A program made the position numbers and the translations under genes. Under the pieces are notes generated by a model. The model searched no databases, was not told the origin of the DNA, and was given only the letters and a program-made list of their open reading frames with translations. DNA of 64,000 bases, taken from the NCBI GenBank assembly GCA_010909165.1, contig VJWM01000327.1:1-64000 (forward strand). The letters run 5' to 3'. How positions within the stretch are numbered: position 1 is the first letter of the stretch; the number at the start of each line of letters is the position of its first letter. This stretch comes from Anthoceros angustus (taxonomy: Eukaryota > Plantae > Anthocerotophyta). Below, piece after piece: positions 61,842-64,000 of the stretch.

Positions 61842-64000
61842 AGACCCCACCATTCTTCCATCGCCTTCCCTAACTTCACATCATAGTCTGGTTACGCATC
61901 AGCTGAAAATTTGAGACTGGAAATCACAGCATGGAATGGGTCTTGACCTGACCTTGCAACTACTTGCAGTTGTACATGTACACGAGACACCCCGCCATGC
62001 TACTATCGCCTTGTCTAACATCAAATCACACTAGCTAGTTAATGCTGCCTGAAAATTTGAGAGGAAATCAGATTGGAACAGTCTTGGCCTCGACTTTGCA
62101 ATGCTGCACAAGATCTGGCGGCTGAACACGTGATCCGCCCGCCACCATCCCTTCACCAACGTCACACACTAGTTACGCATCGCCTAAAAATTTGAGACCA
62201 ATCAGATGGAACGGGCCTCCTCCTCTTCCTTTCCCTCTCACCCTCCTCCTCCTTCCCATCTCCCCTCTCTTCCTCCTCTCCCTCCTCCCTCCTCCCTCCC
62301 CTCCTCGTCCTTTCCTCCTCCTCCTCCTTCCCTCTCGCCTCCTCCTCCTCCTCCTCCTCCTCCTCCTCCTCCTCCTCCTCCCTCCTCCTCCTCCTCCTCC
62401 TCCTCCTCCTCCTCCTCCTCCTCCTCCTCCTCCTCCTCCTCCTCCTCCTCCTCCTCCTCCTCCCTCCTCCTCCTCCTCCTCCTCCTCCCTCCTCCTCCTC
62501 CTCCTCCCTCCTCCTCCTCCTCCTCCTCCTCCTCCTCCTCCTCCCTCCTCCTCCTCCTCCTCCTCCTCCTCCTCCTCCTCCTCCTCCTCCTCTACCTCGC
62601 ATCCTCTCTCCCCTTTTCCTCCTTGCCTATCGCCTTGTCTAACATCAAATCACACTAGCTAGTTACGCAACTGGAAATTTGAGAGGAAATCAGATTGGAA
62701 CAAGTCTTGGCCTCGACCTTGCAATGCTCGCAAGTACAAGATCCGCTTGTAACACGTGATCCCGCCCGCCACCATCCCTTCACCAACGCCGTGTCACACT
62801 AGTTACGCATCGCCCAAAATTTGAGACCGGAAATCACAAGCATGGAACGGGCCTCCTCTCTCCTTCCCTCTCCCCTCCTCCTCCTTCCCATCTCCCCTCC
62901 TCTTCCTCCTCTCCTCCCTCCTCTTGCCTCCTCTTCTTTCCATCTTCCCTCCTCCTCCTTATAATCTCCCCTCCTGCCCTTTCGCCTCCTCCTCCTCCTC
63001 TCCCTCTCCTCCTCCTCCTCCTCCTCCTCCTCCTCCTCCTCCTCCTCCTCCTCTACCTCGATCCCTCTCCCCTTTTCCTCCTTGCCTATCGCCTTGTCTA
63101 ACATCAAATCACACTAGCTAGTTACGCACCTGAAAATTTGAGAGGAAATCACAAGATTGGAAGTGTCTTGGCCCGACTTGCAATGCTCGCAGTACAAGAT
63201 GCTGCCTGAACACGTGATCCCGCCCGCCACCATCCCTTCACCAACGTCACACTATTACAGATCACGAAAAATTTGAGATGAAATCACAAAGATGGAACGG
63301 GCCTCCTCCTCTTCCTTTCCCTCTCACCTCCTCCTCCTTCCCATCTCCCCTCTCTTCCTCCCTCCCCCTCCTCTTGCCTCCTCCTCCTTATAATCTCCCC
63401 TCCTCCTTTTCTTCGCCCCCTCCTCCTCCTCCTTCCTCTCGCCTCCTCCTCCTCCTCCTCCTCCTCCTCCTCCTCCTCCTCCTCCTCCTCCTCCTCCTCC
63501 TCCTCCTCCTCCTCCTCCTCCTCCTCCTCCTCCTCCTCCTCCTCCTCCTCCTCCTCCTCCTCCTCCTCCTCCTCCTCCTCCTCCTCCTCCTCCTCCTCCT
63601 CCTCCTCCTCCTCCTCCTCCTCCTCCTCCTCCTCCTCCTCCTCTCCTCCTCCTCCTCCTCCTCCTCCTCCTCCTCCTCCTCCTCCTCCTCCTCCTCCTCC
63701 TCCTCTACCTCGATCCCTCTCCCCTTTTCCTCCTTGCCTATCGCCTTGTCTAACATCAAATCACACTAGCTAGTTACGCAACAGCTGAAAATTTGAGAGG
63801 AAATCAGATTGGAACAAGTCTTGGCCCTGACCTTGCAATGCTCTGCAAGCAAAGATCGCGCTGTACACGTGATCCCGCCCGCCACCATCCCTTCACCAAC
63901 GCCGTGTCACACTAGTTACGACGAAAAATTTGAGACCGGAAATCACGCATGGAACGGGCCTCCTCTTCCTTTCCCTCTCCCCTCCTCCTCCTTCCCATCT
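61842..64000. repeat. Higher-order satellite: ~150-bp core units alternating with units carrying expanded (CCT)n tracts; also present at ~55520-55772
   Basis: Core CACACTAG(CTAG)TTACGCA...AAATTTGAGA..GGAAATCA recurs about 10 times. (CCT)n tracts at ~62335-62590, 62985-63050 and 63440-63705. Copia C is inserted into one unit. Confidence 0.92.

Noticed and set aside
62162-63769. Poly-Pro, Ser, Leu, Arg and Glu ORFs as proteins
   Set aside because: They are translations of (CCT)n microsatellites, which lack stops in all frames.

Overview
Repeat-rich eukaryotic nuclear DNA from a seed-free land plant, most likely a hornwort. That inference rests on PLS-PPR genes with 2-aa-extended 'LL'-type motifs and a WW-type PG box. 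A gene island at about 12-30 kb holds two paralogous intronless PLS-E+ PPR editing-factor genes, a frameshifted bulb-type (GNA) lectin between them, and a 6-exon conserved plant gene of unknown function. It is surrounded by nested Ty1/Copia elements, LINE fragments, a PIF/Harbinger remnant and, from about 32 kb onward, a DNA-transposon-like region with cargo and tandem repeats. Highlights: (1) a decayed or error-ridden minus-strand gene with a bacterial-type beta-class amino-DNA-methyltransferase (N4C/N6A) domain, linked to ParB-like sequence, at 42.8-48.9 kb; (2) a Copia family whose LTRs end AG...CT instead of TG...CA, supported by a TSD and a second insertion; (3) a circularly permuted single-LTR Copia block inside a duplicated LINE segment; (4) a conserved antisense ORF in the 3' region of two related Copia elements. 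The repeat regions carry many indels, and two long identical duplications may be assembly artefacts, so TE protein calls there are stitched across frameshifts by eye.
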